A stretch of DNA of 64,000 nt from Myxococcales bacterium (GCA_047601445.1 JASGJH010000001.1:640001-704000), one strand, 5' to 3'. Positions 1 through 10,250 are shown, counted from the first letter of the stretch. The notes: generated from the sequence alone by a model not told the origin. Numbers and translations are program-made.

Positions 1-333
1 CTGCTGACCCGCGCCGCCGACGTGATGCTCAAGGAACGCCGCAAGCTGATCCTGGTGCCGCGCGAGACGCCGTACTCCGAAATTCATCTGAAAAACATGC
101 TGGAACTGACCCGCGCCGGCGCGGTGATCATGCCCGCTTCGCCCTCTTTCTACGGGCGGCCCAACGGCGTCGTGCAGCTGCTCGACACCGTGATCGGGCG
201 GGTCTGCGACCATCTGGGCCTCGACAACCGGCTTACGCGGCGTTGGGGCAGTGACGTGAACCTAGCCAGCTCGCGCGGTCCCGCGCGCGGGGTCGAAGCG
301 GGCGGGTCCGCCCGCGAGCCAAACCAGGAGTGA
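1..333 (+). CDS. ubiX: Flavin prenyltransferase UbiX family (5' end outside window)
   Basis: Open frame from base 1: LLTRAADVMLKERRKLILVPRETP...GAVIMPASPSFY, typical UbiX C-terminal motifs; leads the mqn cluster. Confidence 0.92.
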   Translation: MLTRAADVMLKERRKLILVPRETPYSEIHLKNMLELTRAGAVIMPASPSFYGRPNGVVQLLDTVIGRVCDHLGLDNRLTRRWGSDVNLASSRGPARGVEAGGSAREPNQE

Positions 334-340
334 AGCGAGC

Positions 341-1495
341 ATGAATCGGCTCGATCGAATCGAAGAGAAGGTGAAGGCGGGCGAGCGTCTCGATGCCGAG
401 GACGGCATGGAGCTGTTCATGTCCAAAGACCTCCTGCGCGTGGGCCAGCTGGCGAACCACGTGCGCGAGCGCCTGCACGGAGATCGCACGTTCTTCAACG
501 TGAACATGCGCTTCGAGGCCACCAATGTGTGCGAGGCGAGCTGTCGCTTCTGCGCCTTCCAGAAGCTCGAAGAGGGCATGCCGGGAGCGCATACCACCAC
601 GCACGAGAAGGCCTGGGCGGAGCTGCGGGACTTCCCCGATCCCAAGCTGACCGAGCTCCACATGGTGAACGGGCTCAACCCGAACCTTTCTTTCGAGTGG
701 TTCGAGGAGCTGCTCGCGGGCTGGAAGCGGGTGCGTCCCGGCATCCACCTCAAGTGCTTTACGGGCGTGGAGATCCACTACTTCGCCGAGAAGTTCAAGA
801 TGAGTTACCGCGAGGTGCTCGAGCGTCTGCGCAACGCGGGCCTGGACAGCATGCCCGGGGGCGGCGCCGAGATCCTCGACCCCGACGTGCGCCGCCGGAT
901 CGCCCAAGGAAAGTGCACCGGGGAGCAGTACTTGGAGGTCCACCGCGTGGCCCATGGCCTGGGCATCCGCACCAACACCACCATGCTCTACGGGCACATC
1001 GAGACCTTCGAGCACCGCGTGGATCACCTGCTTCAGCTGCGCGCCCTGCAGGACGAGACCAGCGGCTTCCAGTGCTTCATCCCGCTGGCCTTCCACAACG
1101 AGAACAACGGACTCGAGCGCCTGCCCGAGCCCACGGCCTTCGACGACCTCAAGACCCTGGCCGTGAGCCGTCTTCTCCTCGACAACATCTCGCACGTCAA
1201 GGCCTACTGGGTCTCGATGGGGCTCGACGTGGCGCAGCTGGCGCTGCGCTTCGGGGCCGACGATCTCGATGGCACCATCGTGCACGAGACCATCTATCAC
1301 TCGGCGGGATCCGACGTGCCCATGGGCATGACGCGCGCCGATTTGATCCGCTTGATCCGTGAGGCGGGCAGGGTGCCCGTGGAGCGCGACACCCTCTACG
1401 GCGTGGTCGAGGAACACCCGGCCACCGAGGCCCCGGAGGCCGCCCTCAAGCTCAAGGAACGCAACAAGCGGCGCCTCGCGCTGGCGAGCATGTGA
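341..1495 (+). CDS. mqnE: Aminofutalosine synthase MqnE (radical SAM)
   Basis: CxxxCxxC (CEASCRFC), HLKCFTGVEI, SMPGGGAEI, TMLYGHIE, HVKAYW; adjacent to mqnA. Confidence 0.88.
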   Translation: MNRLDRIEEKVKAGERLDAEDGMELFMSKDLLRVGQLANHVRERLHGDRTFFNVNMRFEATNVCEASCRFCAFQKLEEGMPGAHTTTHEKAWAELRDFPDPKLTELHMVNGLNPNLSFEWFEELLAGWKRVRPGIHLKCFTGVEIHYFAEKFKMSYREVLERLRNAGLDSMPGGGAEILDPDVRRRIAQGKCTGEQYLEVHRVAHGLGIRTNTTMLYGHIETFEHRVDHLLQLRALQDETSGFQCFIPLAFHNENNGLERLPEPTAFDDLKTLAVSRLLLDNISHVKAYWVSMGLDVAQLALRFGADDLDGTIVHETIYHSAGSDVPMGMTRADLIRLIREAGRVPVERDTLYGVVEEHPATEAPEAALKLKERNKRRLALASM

Positions 1496-1496
1496 C

Positions 1497-2324
1497 ATGC
1501 AGGAAGCCTTCGAGATCGCCCACGAGAGCTTGAGTGAGCCGCGCATTCAGGGCGTGGCCTACTTGAACGCGTGGCCGGTGCTCTACGGGCTGATGCTCGG
1601 CAAAGAGCCCGAGCGACTGCGCATGGCCTTGCCCTCGGTACTCGCCCAACGACTGCTCAAACGCGAAGTCGACGTCGCGCTGGCGCCCGTGGCCACGCTG
1701 TTCTTGCGGCCGGGCTTCGAGCTCGTACCGGGCATTTGCCTGGGCGCCGACGGCGAGGTGCTCACGGTCTTGATCGTGGGCGAGCGCCCGCTCGAGGAGA
1801 TGGACAAGCTCCTGCTCGATACGTCGAGCGGTACCAGCGTGATCCTCGCGCAGCTGGTGGCGGGGCACGTACGTAGAGGACGCTCGATCGAGATCGAGCC
1901 CGCCGACCCGGCGCGCATCGCGCGCGAGGCACGCGGCGGTACCGGGGCGGTGTTGATCGGCGACCCGGCCTTCGCGGCACGCCATGCTTTCCCGTACTTT
2001 CTCGATCTCGGCGCGGCCTGGAAGGCGTGGACGGGCCTGCCCTTCGTGTTCGCGGCCTGGATTGCGCAGGCGGGGGTGCTCGACGAGGGCGTGATCGGCA
2101 TGCTCGAGCACTCGGTGACCTTCGGCCTCGGCGCGCGTCGCGACATCGCGCATTTGTGGGCCGCCCAGCACGGCGGTGAGCCGGCGTTCTACGAGCGCTA
2201 CCTGACGGCGCACATGCAGTATCGGCTCGAGCCGCACTTCGAAGCTGGCTTGTCGGAGTTCTTGCAGCGAGCCCAGCGGGCCGGCCTCGCACCCGAAGCC
2301 AGCCTGCGTTTCGCGGGGCGGTGA
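1497..2324 (+). CDS. mqnA: Chorismate dehydratase MqnA
   Basis: VAYLNAWP, DTSSGTS, LIGDPA, DLGAAWKAWTGLPFVFAAW; ATG at 1497 just after mqnE stop. Confidence 0.9.
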   Translation: MQEAFEIAHESLSEPRIQGVAYLNAWPVLYGLMLGKEPERLRMALPSVLAQRLLKREVDVALAPVATLFLRPGFELVPGICLGADGEVLTVLIVGERPLEEMDKLLLDTSSGTSVILAQLVAGHVRRGRSIEIEPADPARIAREARGGTGAVLIGDPAFAARHAFPYFLDLGAAWKAWTGLPFVFAAWIAQAGVLDEGVIGMLEHSVTFGLGARRDIAHLWAAQHGGEPAFYERYLTAHMQYRLEPHFEAGLSEFLQRAQRAGLAPEASLRFAGR

Positions 2325-3595
2325 CGCGCATGGCATTGCGTGGCTTCGAGGCGCCCTGGCTGATCACCGGCAAGCCCGGCGAGGCGCCGCTCGCCGAAGG
2401 CGCTGTGGTGTTCGACGAAGTCGGTCGCGTGCTCGCGGTGGCGCCGGCTCAGGCGCTGCGCGTTCTGTACGCTGGGCTCTCCTTCGAGCGCATCGAGGGC
2501 ATTTTGCTGCCGGGCCTGGTGAACGCGCACGTGCACCTGGAGCTTTCGGCGTTGCGCGGACAGACGCGCAGCGGCGGCGGCTTTGGGCCCTGGGTCGAGA
2601 GCATGATGACCAAGCGCGGGGAGCTCTTGCCGGAGCAGGACCTCGAGGCCATCGACGCTGCCGTCGCGGAGCTGTTGGCTGCGGGTACCGTGGCGGTGGG
2701 TGAGGTCACGAACACCCTGGCGAGCCTAGAGTCGCTGCGCACGGCGCCCCTGTTCGGGCGGATCTTTCACGAGGTCTTCGGTATGCGTCGCGAGACGGCC
2801 CAGGTGATGCGTGGCATGGCCGAGCAGAACCACGCGCGACAGCCCGCATTCCCGGCGCACCTCAGCTATTGCCTGGCGCCCCACACGCTGTACTCCCTGC
2901 ACCCCCAGAGCGTGCAGGAGTTGGTGGTGAGCGCGCGTGAACTCGGTCAGCGCACGAGCCTCCATCTCTCGGAGCACGCCGCGGAACGCGCCTTCTTGCG
3001 CGACGGCAGCGGCCCCTTCGCCGCGTTCTTGAAGGCCCGCAAGGTCGACCCCGCCGATTGGGATCCACCCGGCGTGTCGCCGATTGCCTACGCGGACCAG
3101 CTCGGGGTGCTCGGGCCCGAGGTCATCGCGGTGCACTTGTGCGCCACCGAGCGGCGCGAGCTCGAGCAGGTTGCCCAACGCGGCGCGCCGGCGGTGCTTT
3201 GTCCGCGCTCGAACCTGTTCATCGAGCTCAAGCTGCCGCCGCTGTACGACATTCTCGATGTGGGCTTGCGTCCCGGCCTCGGCACCGATTCGCTGGCGTC
3301 CAACACCACCCTCGACGTGCTCGCGGAGGCGGCCGCTCTGAGCGACCGCTTTCCAAGCGTGGACAAGGGCCTGCTCGTGAGCATGGCGACCTGGTATGGC
3401 GCCGAAGCGCTCGGCCTGAGTCACCGCGTGGGCGCGCTGGCTCCAGGGCTCGCGCCGGGACTGCTCGCGGTGGAGCTTGCGAATCCGGTGGCCGATCCGT
3501 TGCCTCCCATCCTACGTTCACCTCCGCCCAAGCGGCGCGTCCTCATGCGACCTGCTCTGCCCGGCGCGGCGAGTCACCTCGGAGAAGCCCCATGA
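2321..3595 (+). CDS. Amidohydrolase, likely aminodeoxyfutalosine deaminase
   Basis: PGLVNAHVHLE, HLSEH, CPRSN, GTDS metal-dependent deaminase motifs; 4-bp overlaps with mqnA and mqnP. Confidence 0.8.
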   Translation: MTRMALRGFEAPWLITGKPGEAPLAEGAVVFDEVGRVLAVAPAQALRVLYAGLSFERIEGILLPGLVNAHVHLELSALRGQTRSGGGFGPWVESMMTKRGELLPEQDLEAIDAAVAELLAAGTVAVGEVTNTLASLESLRTAPLFGRIFHEVFGMRRETAQVMRGMAEQNHARQPAFPAHLSYCLAPHTLYSLHPQSVQELVVSARELGQRTSLHLSEHAAERAFLRDGSGPFAAFLKARKVDPADWDPPGVSPIAYADQLGVLGPEVIAVHLCATERRELEQVAQRGAPAVLCPRSNLFIELKLPPLYDILDVGLRPGLGTDSLASNTTLDVLAEAAALSDRFPSVDKGLLVSMATWYGAEALGLSHRVGALAPGLAPGLLAVELANPVADPLPPILRSPPPKRRVLMRPALPGAASHLGEAP

Positions 3596-4467
3596 GCCTC
3601 GAAGCCAGCAGCCAAACCCTGCGTCACGTCGGGTCCCTGGTGAAGTTCAGCCACACGGTGTTCGCGCTGCCGTTCGCGCTCTCGGCGGTGGTGCTCGCGC
3701 TACCGTTCGCAGAGGTCACCTGGTTCAAGGTCGGCATCATCGTGCTCTGCATCGCCGCGGCGCGGACAGCTGCGATGGCGTTCAATCGTCTGGTCGACCG
3801 CGACATCGACGGCCTCAACCCACGCACCAAGGATCGTGAAATTCCGCGCGGCGTGCTCAGCGTGGGCTTCGTGCGCATGCTGGTCCTGGTGTCGTGCCTG
3901 GTCTTCGTGGCCGGCGCCGCGCTGCTCGGCCGTTTGCCGTTGTTGCTCAGCCCGCTCGCGCTCGGTCTCGCCCTCGGTTACTCGTACGTCAAGCGCTTCT
4001 CGAGCCTCTGTCACCTGGTGTTGGGCGCGGCCATCGCGTTCGCGCCCGGCGGTGCTTGGATCGGCCTGGGTGCGCCCGTGACCTTGGCCCCCTGGCTCCT
4101 GGTGCTGGCGGTGGCGACTTGGGTCGGCGGTTTCGACGTACTCTATTCGCTGCAAGACGAGGGCTTCGATCGAGGCGCGGGCCTGCACTCGATCCCTGCG
4201 CGCTTCGGCACCCTGGGCGCGCTCTGGATCAGCGGCGTATTGCACGTGCTGACGGTGGCTTGCCTGGCCGGAGTCGGGCTCTCGCTCGGGCGGGGCGTCG
4301 GGTACTTCGCCGGGGTGCTGCTCGTGACGGGCATCCTGGCCTACGAGCATTCTCTGGTGAAGCCGAACGATCTCAGCAAGATCGACAAGGCCTTCTTCGA
4401 CCTCAACGGCTATGTGAGCGTCGGATTCTTTCTCTGCGTGCTGGCTGATCACATGCTGGGCGCGTGA
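3592..4467 (+). CDS. mqnP: UbiA-like polyprenyltransferase (MqnP)
   Basis: KFSHTVFALPFA, MAFNRLVDRDID..NPRT, YSYVKRF, YSLQD; hydrophobic; ATGA overlap with upstream stop. Confidence 0.88.
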   Translation: MSLEASSQTLRHVGSLVKFSHTVFALPFALSAVVLALPFAEVTWFKVGIIVLCIAAARTAAMAFNRLVDRDIDGLNPRTKDREIPRGVLSVGFVRMLVLVSCLVFVAGAALLGRLPLLLSPLALGLALGYSYVKRFSSLCHLVLGAAIAFAPGGAWIGLGAPVTLAPWLLVLAVATWVGGFDVLYSLQDEGFDRGAGLHSIPARFGTLGALWISGVLHVLTVACLAGVGLSLGRGVGYFAGVLLVTGILAYEHSLVKPNDLSKIDKAFFDLNGYVSVGFFLCVLADHMLGA

Positions 4468-6471
4468 GCGACCGAGAACACCCCACCATCGCCGCCGCCA
4501 AAGCACGCGAGCGAGGGGAAGCGCGCGACGTCTTGCGCGCCCGCGGCGTGGTGCATACGCCGATGGAGCTCGCTCGTTTCGGACTGCGTCGCATCGACGC
4601 TCATCTGAGGCTGGACTTCGGGCTGTCCGCCGGGCTGGCCGACCCGAGCGTGCTGCTGATCGACCCGGCAGTGGGCACCGGGGTATGGCTGGCGGCTGCC
4701 CTCGAGTTTTCCACGGCTGGCGCCGGGCGCCGGGCGATGTGGGGATTCGACGTGGACGCGGTGGCTCTCGAGACCACCCGGCGCTTGCTCGAGCAGGAGC
4801 TCGACCAGCGTCGCGTAGAGCTCACGCTGAGCTGTGAAAACACGCTGGCCATCGCGGATCCCTGGCCACGCGGAGCCCATGGGGTTCGGGTCATCGTGGG
4901 GAACCCGCCATGGGGGGCGCGCTCGGCGAGTCGTGGCACGGAGCTGAGTGATCGTTGGCTCGCGGACTTTCGACGCGAACCCGACGGGACCTCACTCGCC
5001 GAGCGCCGGGTGGGGGTGCTGTCCGACGACTACGTGCGCTTCTTCCGCTGGTCGCTCGAGCAGGCGCGTACGGCACCAGCAGGGGCCGTATTGTGTTTGG
5101 CCACCAACGGTTCGTTCCTGGATGGTCCGGTGCACCGCGGCATGCGCGCCGCGCTGCGCGAGGCTTTCGATGTCATCGAGGTGCTCGATCTAGGGGGCAA
5201 TGCGCTGCTCGCGCGGGGGCGCGAGCGCGACGAGAACGTGTTCGGCGTGCGAGTCGGCGCAGCGCTGACCTTGGCGCTGAGGCGTCCCAGCCCGCGCTCC
5301 GACCGCGCTCGCGTGTATCTGGCTCGCCTGACGGGCACGCGCGAGCAGAAGCTCTCGGCGCTGGCGGAGGCGAGCTTGGAGGAGCTCTCGGCGCTCGAAC
5401 CCAGCGCTCCGTGGTCGCGCGGTGCGACGCCTCGGACTCCGAGCGACGGGCCCGAAACTGTCTCGCTCGCCGAGGCGTTTCCTTTTCACCGCGAGGGCGT
5501 GCAGACCAATCGCGACGACATTGCGTTGGCCTCGAGCCGCGAATCGCTCTGGCATCGCATGCAGGAGATCGCCGAGGGCCGCTTTCCGCTGGTTCCGAGC
5601 GCCCATTTCGATCCGCGGCGAGCACGCGAAGCCGTCCGCACCGCGCTCGAAGCGGGACCCGAGGGCGCATCGATCAGGCAACTCGCCTATCGTCCCCTCG
5701 ACACGCGCTTCGTATGCGCTGTGGCGCCGCTTTGCCATCGACCGCGTCCGGAGCTCTTGGCCGCCGTGGCGCAATCGCAGCTCTGTCTGCTCTCGTCGCG
5801 CAAGGATCGCGGGAGCTTGCCGTTCATGCTGTTCGCGGCCGTGCACGACGCGGCCGATGCCTGTTTCCTTTCCACGCGCTCGTCCTGCCGTACACGCGTG
5901 TTTCCGAGCCATGGACCCGACGGATCAGAGAACCTCTCGCCGGCGCTGCTCGAGATCTTCGCGCGGCTCGGGGTGAACCTCAGTGCGGAGCAATTCATCC
6001 TGTACTCGCTCGGTGCCCTGAGCTCTCACCTGTATCGCGAGCAGCAGGGGGAGCGCTTGAAAATGGACTATCCGCGGGTGCCGATCCCGCGCGAAGCGGC
6101 CGCCGTGCAGGCGCTCGTGCGGGCAGGCCGCATTGCGCGCGACGCGCTCTGCTCGCCGCTCGAGAGCCTCGCTGTGCGAAAAGTCAGCATGGCCTCAGCG
6201 GAAGATCACGAGGAGAGCGTGATCGAACTGCGACAGGCGTGTTTCTCACGCGACGACGAAATGCTCCGCTTCGCCGAAGGTCCACGATTTTGCGGCGTTT
6301 CTGCAGCGATCTGGGACTCCTCGGTGGGACACACGCCGTGGCGACGACTGGGACCACAGCGTGCGAAGGCGCGAGATCTTGGGTGTTTTGTGGCGTGCCG
6401 AGTCGTGGCTCGCCGCAGCCTGCGCTGCGGACGCGGCGTTTCTCGCGCATTTCTCGCGATCACGCGCGTGA
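4464..6471 (+). CDS. Type ISP-like N6-adenine DNA methyltransferase plus target-recognition domain, no nuclease/helicase; probable frameshift near 6370
   Basis: Motif I DPAVGTG, motif IV VIVGNPPW, DDYVRFFRW, TNGSFLDGPVHRGMR, DENVFGV, GVQTNRD, YRPLD, DYPRVP; +1 frame gives plausible C-terminus EILGVLWRAESWLAAACAADAAFLAHFSRSRA ending TGA 6469-6471. Confidence 0.72.
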
Positions 6472-6527
6472 CGCGCGCAAAACATTGGGCGTTGACCCGG
6501 CGGCGGTGGTCTTTCAACCTAGGCTTC

Positions 6528-7634
6528 GTGCGTTCGAATGGACCACATTTCGGTGCGGAATTTCGGGCGGGCAACGCCAAGTATTTTCCGCGCGCCAAGC
6601 TCGCCTGTGGCGGCATGGCCGAGGTTTGGCGTGGCGAAGCGCAGCTCGAAGGGGGCCGCGTCGTGCCCGTGGCCTTCAAGCGCGTACTCACCGATCTCGC
6701 AGACAGTCCGCTCTATCGTCAGCTGCTCGAAGACGAAGGGCGCCTCGGCATGCTGCTCTCGCATCCCAACATCGTGCGCGTCTACGACGCCTGCGAGTTG
6801 AATGGCTCCTTCGTGCTGGTGATGGAGCTCGTGGAGGGCTGCACGCTGCGCGAGGTCTTGCGGCATCTGCACTCAGTGGGCGGTCGCATCCCGCTGTCGG
6901 CGGTGTTGCGCATCGGGCGCGCGCTCGCCTCGGCGCTGTCCGCCTCGCACGAGGCCGTCGACGAGTTCGGGCGCGATCTCTCCATCGTGCATTGCGACGT
7001 GTCACCCCAGAACGTGCTCATCGCAGAGGACGGCACGGTGAAGTTGATGGACTTCGGGCTCGCCGTGTCCACTGCGAACCGCTCCGATCTCGACCGCCTC
7101 GCCATCGGCGGCAAGCCCGGCTACCTCGCCCCCGAGGTGGTGTTGTGGCGCGAGATCTCGCCCGCCCTCGATCTGTTCGCGCTAGGCGTGGTGCTCTGGG
7201 AGTGCCTGACGGGACAACGCCTCTTTCAGGGCAAGGACGAAGAGGAGACCAGCCGACGCATCGTGCGTTGCGATGTCCCCCCGGTGAGCCAGCTGGTGCC
7301 CGCGCTACCCCGGGAGTTCGACGAGCTGTTCGCCGTGCTGCTGGCTCGGGAGCCGGAGCGCCGCCACGCCAGCGCCCGCGACTTGAGCGCCGAGCTCGAA
7401 TACCTGTCGGTTCGGTTCGGTCGCCAGGGCGGTCAGCTCCTCGGGCGCGCAGAGCTTCGAGAACTCGTGGCGTCGGCTCTGATGGCCAGCGCCGGCGTTC
7501 CGAGGCGTCACAGTGAGGTGCGCGAGGCCGTCAAAGGTGGGGCCGCCCAGGGCCTCGAACCACCCGCCTTCGAGCACGAGCCGGACAGCGCGCTCACCCG
7601 CCCGCACGGGGTTCCCCGTCCGGTACGACGGTAA
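6528..7634 (+). CDS. Ser/Thr protein kinase (Hanks type, no obvious TM segment)
   Basis: GGMAEVW, VAFKR, HPNIV, HCDVSPQN, DFG, GYLAPE, DLFALG; start GTG 6528 is an estimate. Confidence 0.88.
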   Translation: MRSNGPHFGAEFRAGNAKYFPRAKLACGGMAEVWRGEAQLEGGRVVPVAFKRVLTDLADSPLYRQLLEDEGRLGMLLSHPNIVRVYDACELNGSFVLVMELVEGCTLREVLRHLHSVGGRIPLSAVLRIGRALASALSASHEAVDEFGRDLSIVHCDVSPQNVLIAEDGTVKLMDFGLAVSTANRSDLDRLAIGGKPGYLAPEVVLWREISPALDLFALGVVLWECLTGQRLFQGKDEEETSRRIVRCDVPPVSQLVPALPREFDELFAVLLAREPERRHASARDLSAELEYLSVRFGRQGGQLLGRAELRELVASALMASAGVPRRHSEVREAVKGGAAQGLEPPAFEHEPDSALTRPHGVPRPVRR

Positions 7635-7787
7635 GCGGGGATTGCCGAGCCGCAGCCATTGACGCGCGTAAGGGAAGGGCGTATCTCCGGCCCGCCCTCG
7701 GGGTGTGTGGCACGCTCCACGGGTGTGCCGACCTACCAGGGCGGTTGTTTCGAGAGCGCACATCCATAGCCAATTGAGGAAGCCAGC

Positions 7788-9755
7788 ATGACTGAGACGT
7801 CTGCCCAAGCACTGACTGCGGCCACCAAGGCGATTCGTGTGTTGACCGTGGACGCGGTCAGACAAGCCGGCATCGGTCACGTGGGACTGCCGCTCGGGTG
7901 CGCCGAGATCGGGACCGTGCTCTTCGCCGAGGCGCTCAAGCACAACCCTCAAGATCCCCAGTGGTTCGACCGCGATCGCTTCGTGCTCTCAGCGGGCCAC
8001 GGCTCGATGCTGCTGTATTCGCTGCTTCATCTAAACGGCTATCCGGTGTCGCTGGACGACATCTCGCGCTTCCGTCAGCTGGGCTCGAACACCCCTGGCC
8101 ACCCCGAACACGGTCACACCCCTGGCGTGGAGACCACCACCGGCCCGCTCGGCCAGGGCCTCGGCAATGCTGTGGGCATGGCGCTCGCCGAGCGCCTGCT
8201 TGCTGCGCGCTTTGGCAGCGACCTGATCAATCACCGCACCTACGTGCTGGCGAGCGACGGTGACTTGATGGAAGGCGTGGCCTCCGAGGCCGCCTCCCTG
8301 GCAGGTCACCTCAAGCTCGGCAAGTTGATCGCCTTCTACGATCACAACGGCATCACCATCGACGGCAAGACCGACATCTCGTTCACCGAAGACGTGGGCA
8401 AGCGCTTCGAGGCCTACGGCTGGCAGGTGCAGCACATCGACGGGCACGATCCCGCCCAGATCCGTGGCGCGCTGAAGAGGGCTCAGGCCTCCGAGGACAA
8501 GCCCCACCTGATCGTGGCCCGGACCCAGATCGGCTTTAGTTCGCCCGCAGCCGGCACCTCTCCCGCGCACGGACACCTGGCCGATGCCGCGGTCGATCAG
8601 ACCCGCCAGAACCTCGGCTGGACCCTGCCGCCCTTCCAGCTGCCGAGCGATTCCTACGTCGCCTTCGAAGACGTCAAGAAGCGCGGCGCCGAAGCCCAGC
8701 AAGCCTGGGAGCAGCGCAAGCAGAAGGCCCTCGAGAACCCGGAGCTGCGTGAGCTCTGGCAGCGCATGGTGGAGCGCAAGCTGCCGGCGAACCTCGACTC
8801 GTTGTTGCCCGACTTCCGCAAGGACAAGCCGATGGCCACGCGCCAGGCTTCGGGCAAGTGCATCAATGCGGTGGCCAAGGAGGTGCCCTCCTTGATCGGC
8901 GGCTCGGCGGATCTCGCGGGCTCCAACGGCACCGCCATCAGCGGCGAGAAGTTGGTGCAGGCCGGGGAGTTCGGCGGTCGCAACCTCGCCTTTGGTGTGC
9001 GCGAGCACGGCATGGGCGCCATGGCCAACGGCATGAGTCTGCACGGGGGCATTCGCCCTTACGTGGCGACCTTCATGGTCTTCAGCGACTACATGCGGCC
9101 CGCCATCCGGCTCGCCGCTCTGATGCAGCAGCCAGTCACTTTCATCTTCACGCACGATTCTTTGTTCGTCGGTGAGGACGGCCCTACGCACCAACCCGTC
9201 GAGCAGGTGGCTTCGCTGCGCGCGATCCCGAACCTGCAGGTGTGGCGTCCAGCGGACCCCCGTGAAACGGCCGCGGCCTGGCACGTGGCGCTGACGCGCA
9301 ACGATGGTCCGGTGGCGATGGCCCTCACGCGCCAGAACGTGCCCACCCTCGAGCTTGACGGCGTGGAGCAGAAGGCCTTGCGGGGTGGCTACGTAGTCGT
9401 CGACTGTCAGGGCGAACCGGAGCTCGTGATCGTGGCCACTGGTTCCGAAGTGGGGCTCGCGGTCGAAGCGGCGAACACGCTGCAGAAGAGTGGCCGTCGC
9501 GTGCGCGCCGTCTCGCTGCCGTGCGTGGAGCTGTTCCTCGCGCAGGACGAGAACTATCAGCACGAGGTGCTCGGCTCGGCCAAGCGGCTGTGCGTCGAAG
9601 CGGGCGTAGAGCTCGGGCTCGCGCGCGTGATGCGCCCCGGCGACCGCTTCCACGGCATGCGTTCGTTCGGCGCCTCGGCGAGTTACAAGAAGCTCGCGGA
9701 GCACTTCGGTTTCACCACCGCGCATGTGCTCTCGCTCGCCGACCAGATGCTGTGA
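7788..9755 (+). CDS. tkt: Transketolase
   Basis: [51 protein letters not shown]. Confidence 0.97.
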   Translation: MTETSAQALTAATKAIRVLTVDAVRQAGIGHVGLPLGCAEIGTVLFAEALKHNPQDPQWFDRDRFVLSAGHGSMLLYSLLHLNGYPVSLDDISRFRQLGSNTPGHPEHGHTPGVETTTGPLGQGLGNAVGMALAERLLAARFGSDLINHRTYVLASDGDLMEGVASEAASLAGHLKLGKLIAFYDHNGITIDGKTDISFTEDVGKRFEAYGWQVQHIDGHDPAQIRGALKRAQASEDKPHLIVARTQIGFSSPAAGTSPAHGHLADAAVDQTRQNLGWTLPPFQLPSDSYVAFEDVKKRGAEAQQAWEQRKQKALENPELRELWQRMVERKLPANLDSLLPDFRKDKPMATRQASGKCINAVAKEVPSLIGGSADLAGSNGTAISGEKLVQAGEFGGRNLAFGVREHGMGAMANGMSLHGGIRPYVATFMVFSDYMRPAIRLAALMQQPVTFIFTHDSLFVGEDGPTHQPVEQVASLRAIPNLQVWRPADPRETAAAWHVALTRNDGPVAMALTRQNVPTLELDGVEQKALRGGYVVVDCQGEPELVIVATGSEVGLAVEAANTLQKSGRRVRAVSLPCVELFLAQDENYQHEVLGSAKRLCVEAGVELGLARVMRPGDRFHGMRSFGASASYKKLAEHFGFTTAHVLSLADQML

Positions 9756-9870
9756 CTTCGACGTTTTAGCCTGCGGGCGAGCGCGACCTTTCTCCGCTCG
9801 CGCGCCCGAGGGCGCGCTCCGACGGTCTCCCACTTTCGCGCGTTCACCCGCAGCCTCTCATGGAAAAACG

Positions 9871-9898
9871 TTGACAAGGGCGTACAGGCCTTTAGTCT
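9871..9898 (+). promoter_or_regulatory. Sigma70-type promoter TTGACA-N16-TAGTCT
   Basis: Consensus -35 TTGACA at 9871-9876 preceded by an A-tract; TAnnnT -10 at 9893-9898. Confidence 0.65.
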
Positions 9899-9910
9899 AG
9901 GCGTATTCCC

Positions 9911-10093
9911 ATGCGTTTTTCCCTTCCGCCAGCACTACGCAGCAGCGACGCCATCAGCGCGTCGCTGAACGCTATTTGTGCGGCACGCGTGGGCTATGCC
10001 AGCAGCGTAGGTATGTTCGATACCCGTTGGAGCGCCCATAAGCGACCGCCCGCGGCAGGTTTCCCGAGGAGTCAAGACCCCTCTCATCACTGA
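9911..10093 (+). CDS. Putative leader peptide (uORF) of the attenuator upstream of MATE
   Basis: ATG 12 nt after the -10 box; stop lies inside the antiterminator helix, just before the terminator hairpin. Confidence 0.45.
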   Translation: MRFSLPPALRSSDAISASLNAICAARVGYASSVGMFDTRWSAHKRPPAAGFPRSQDPSHH

Positions 10094-10109
10094 AACCAAA
10101 CGCCGCGGG
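10049..10109 (+). promoter_or_regulatory. Putative antiterminator helix
   Basis: CCCGCGGC(10049-56) pairs with GCCGCGGG(10102-09); GGTTTC(10058-63) pairs with GAAACC(10092-97); excludes terminator formation. Confidence 0.65.
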
Positions 10110-10140
10110 CACCCAGAAGGGTCCCGCGGTTTTCGTTTTT
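10103..10140 (+). terminator. Intrinsic terminator in the 5' leader (attenuator)
   Basis: CCGCGGG-c-ACCC-agaa-GGGT-CCCGCGG followed by TTTTCGTTTTT. Confidence 0.8.
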
Positions 10141-10250
10141 GCCATCTGTCCTTCGCGCAGCCCGACGCGGAGGCGTGCGGCTGGGGAGCGTCCTGCGCTC
10201 GACCTTGGCGCTCCGATCTATTCGCGGTGTTCCTCGCAGAAAGAACCATC

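Noticed and set aside
4955..7516. Long overlapping and antisense ORFs (also 8031-9833, 15113-16939, 17165-18904, 39540-41711, 46775-48367)
   Set aside because: Stop-poor shadow frames expected at high GC; they overlap well-supported genes and lack motifs
7707..7725. Sigma54 promoter (TGGCACG) upstream of tkt
   Set aside because: No TTGC -12 element at the required spacing
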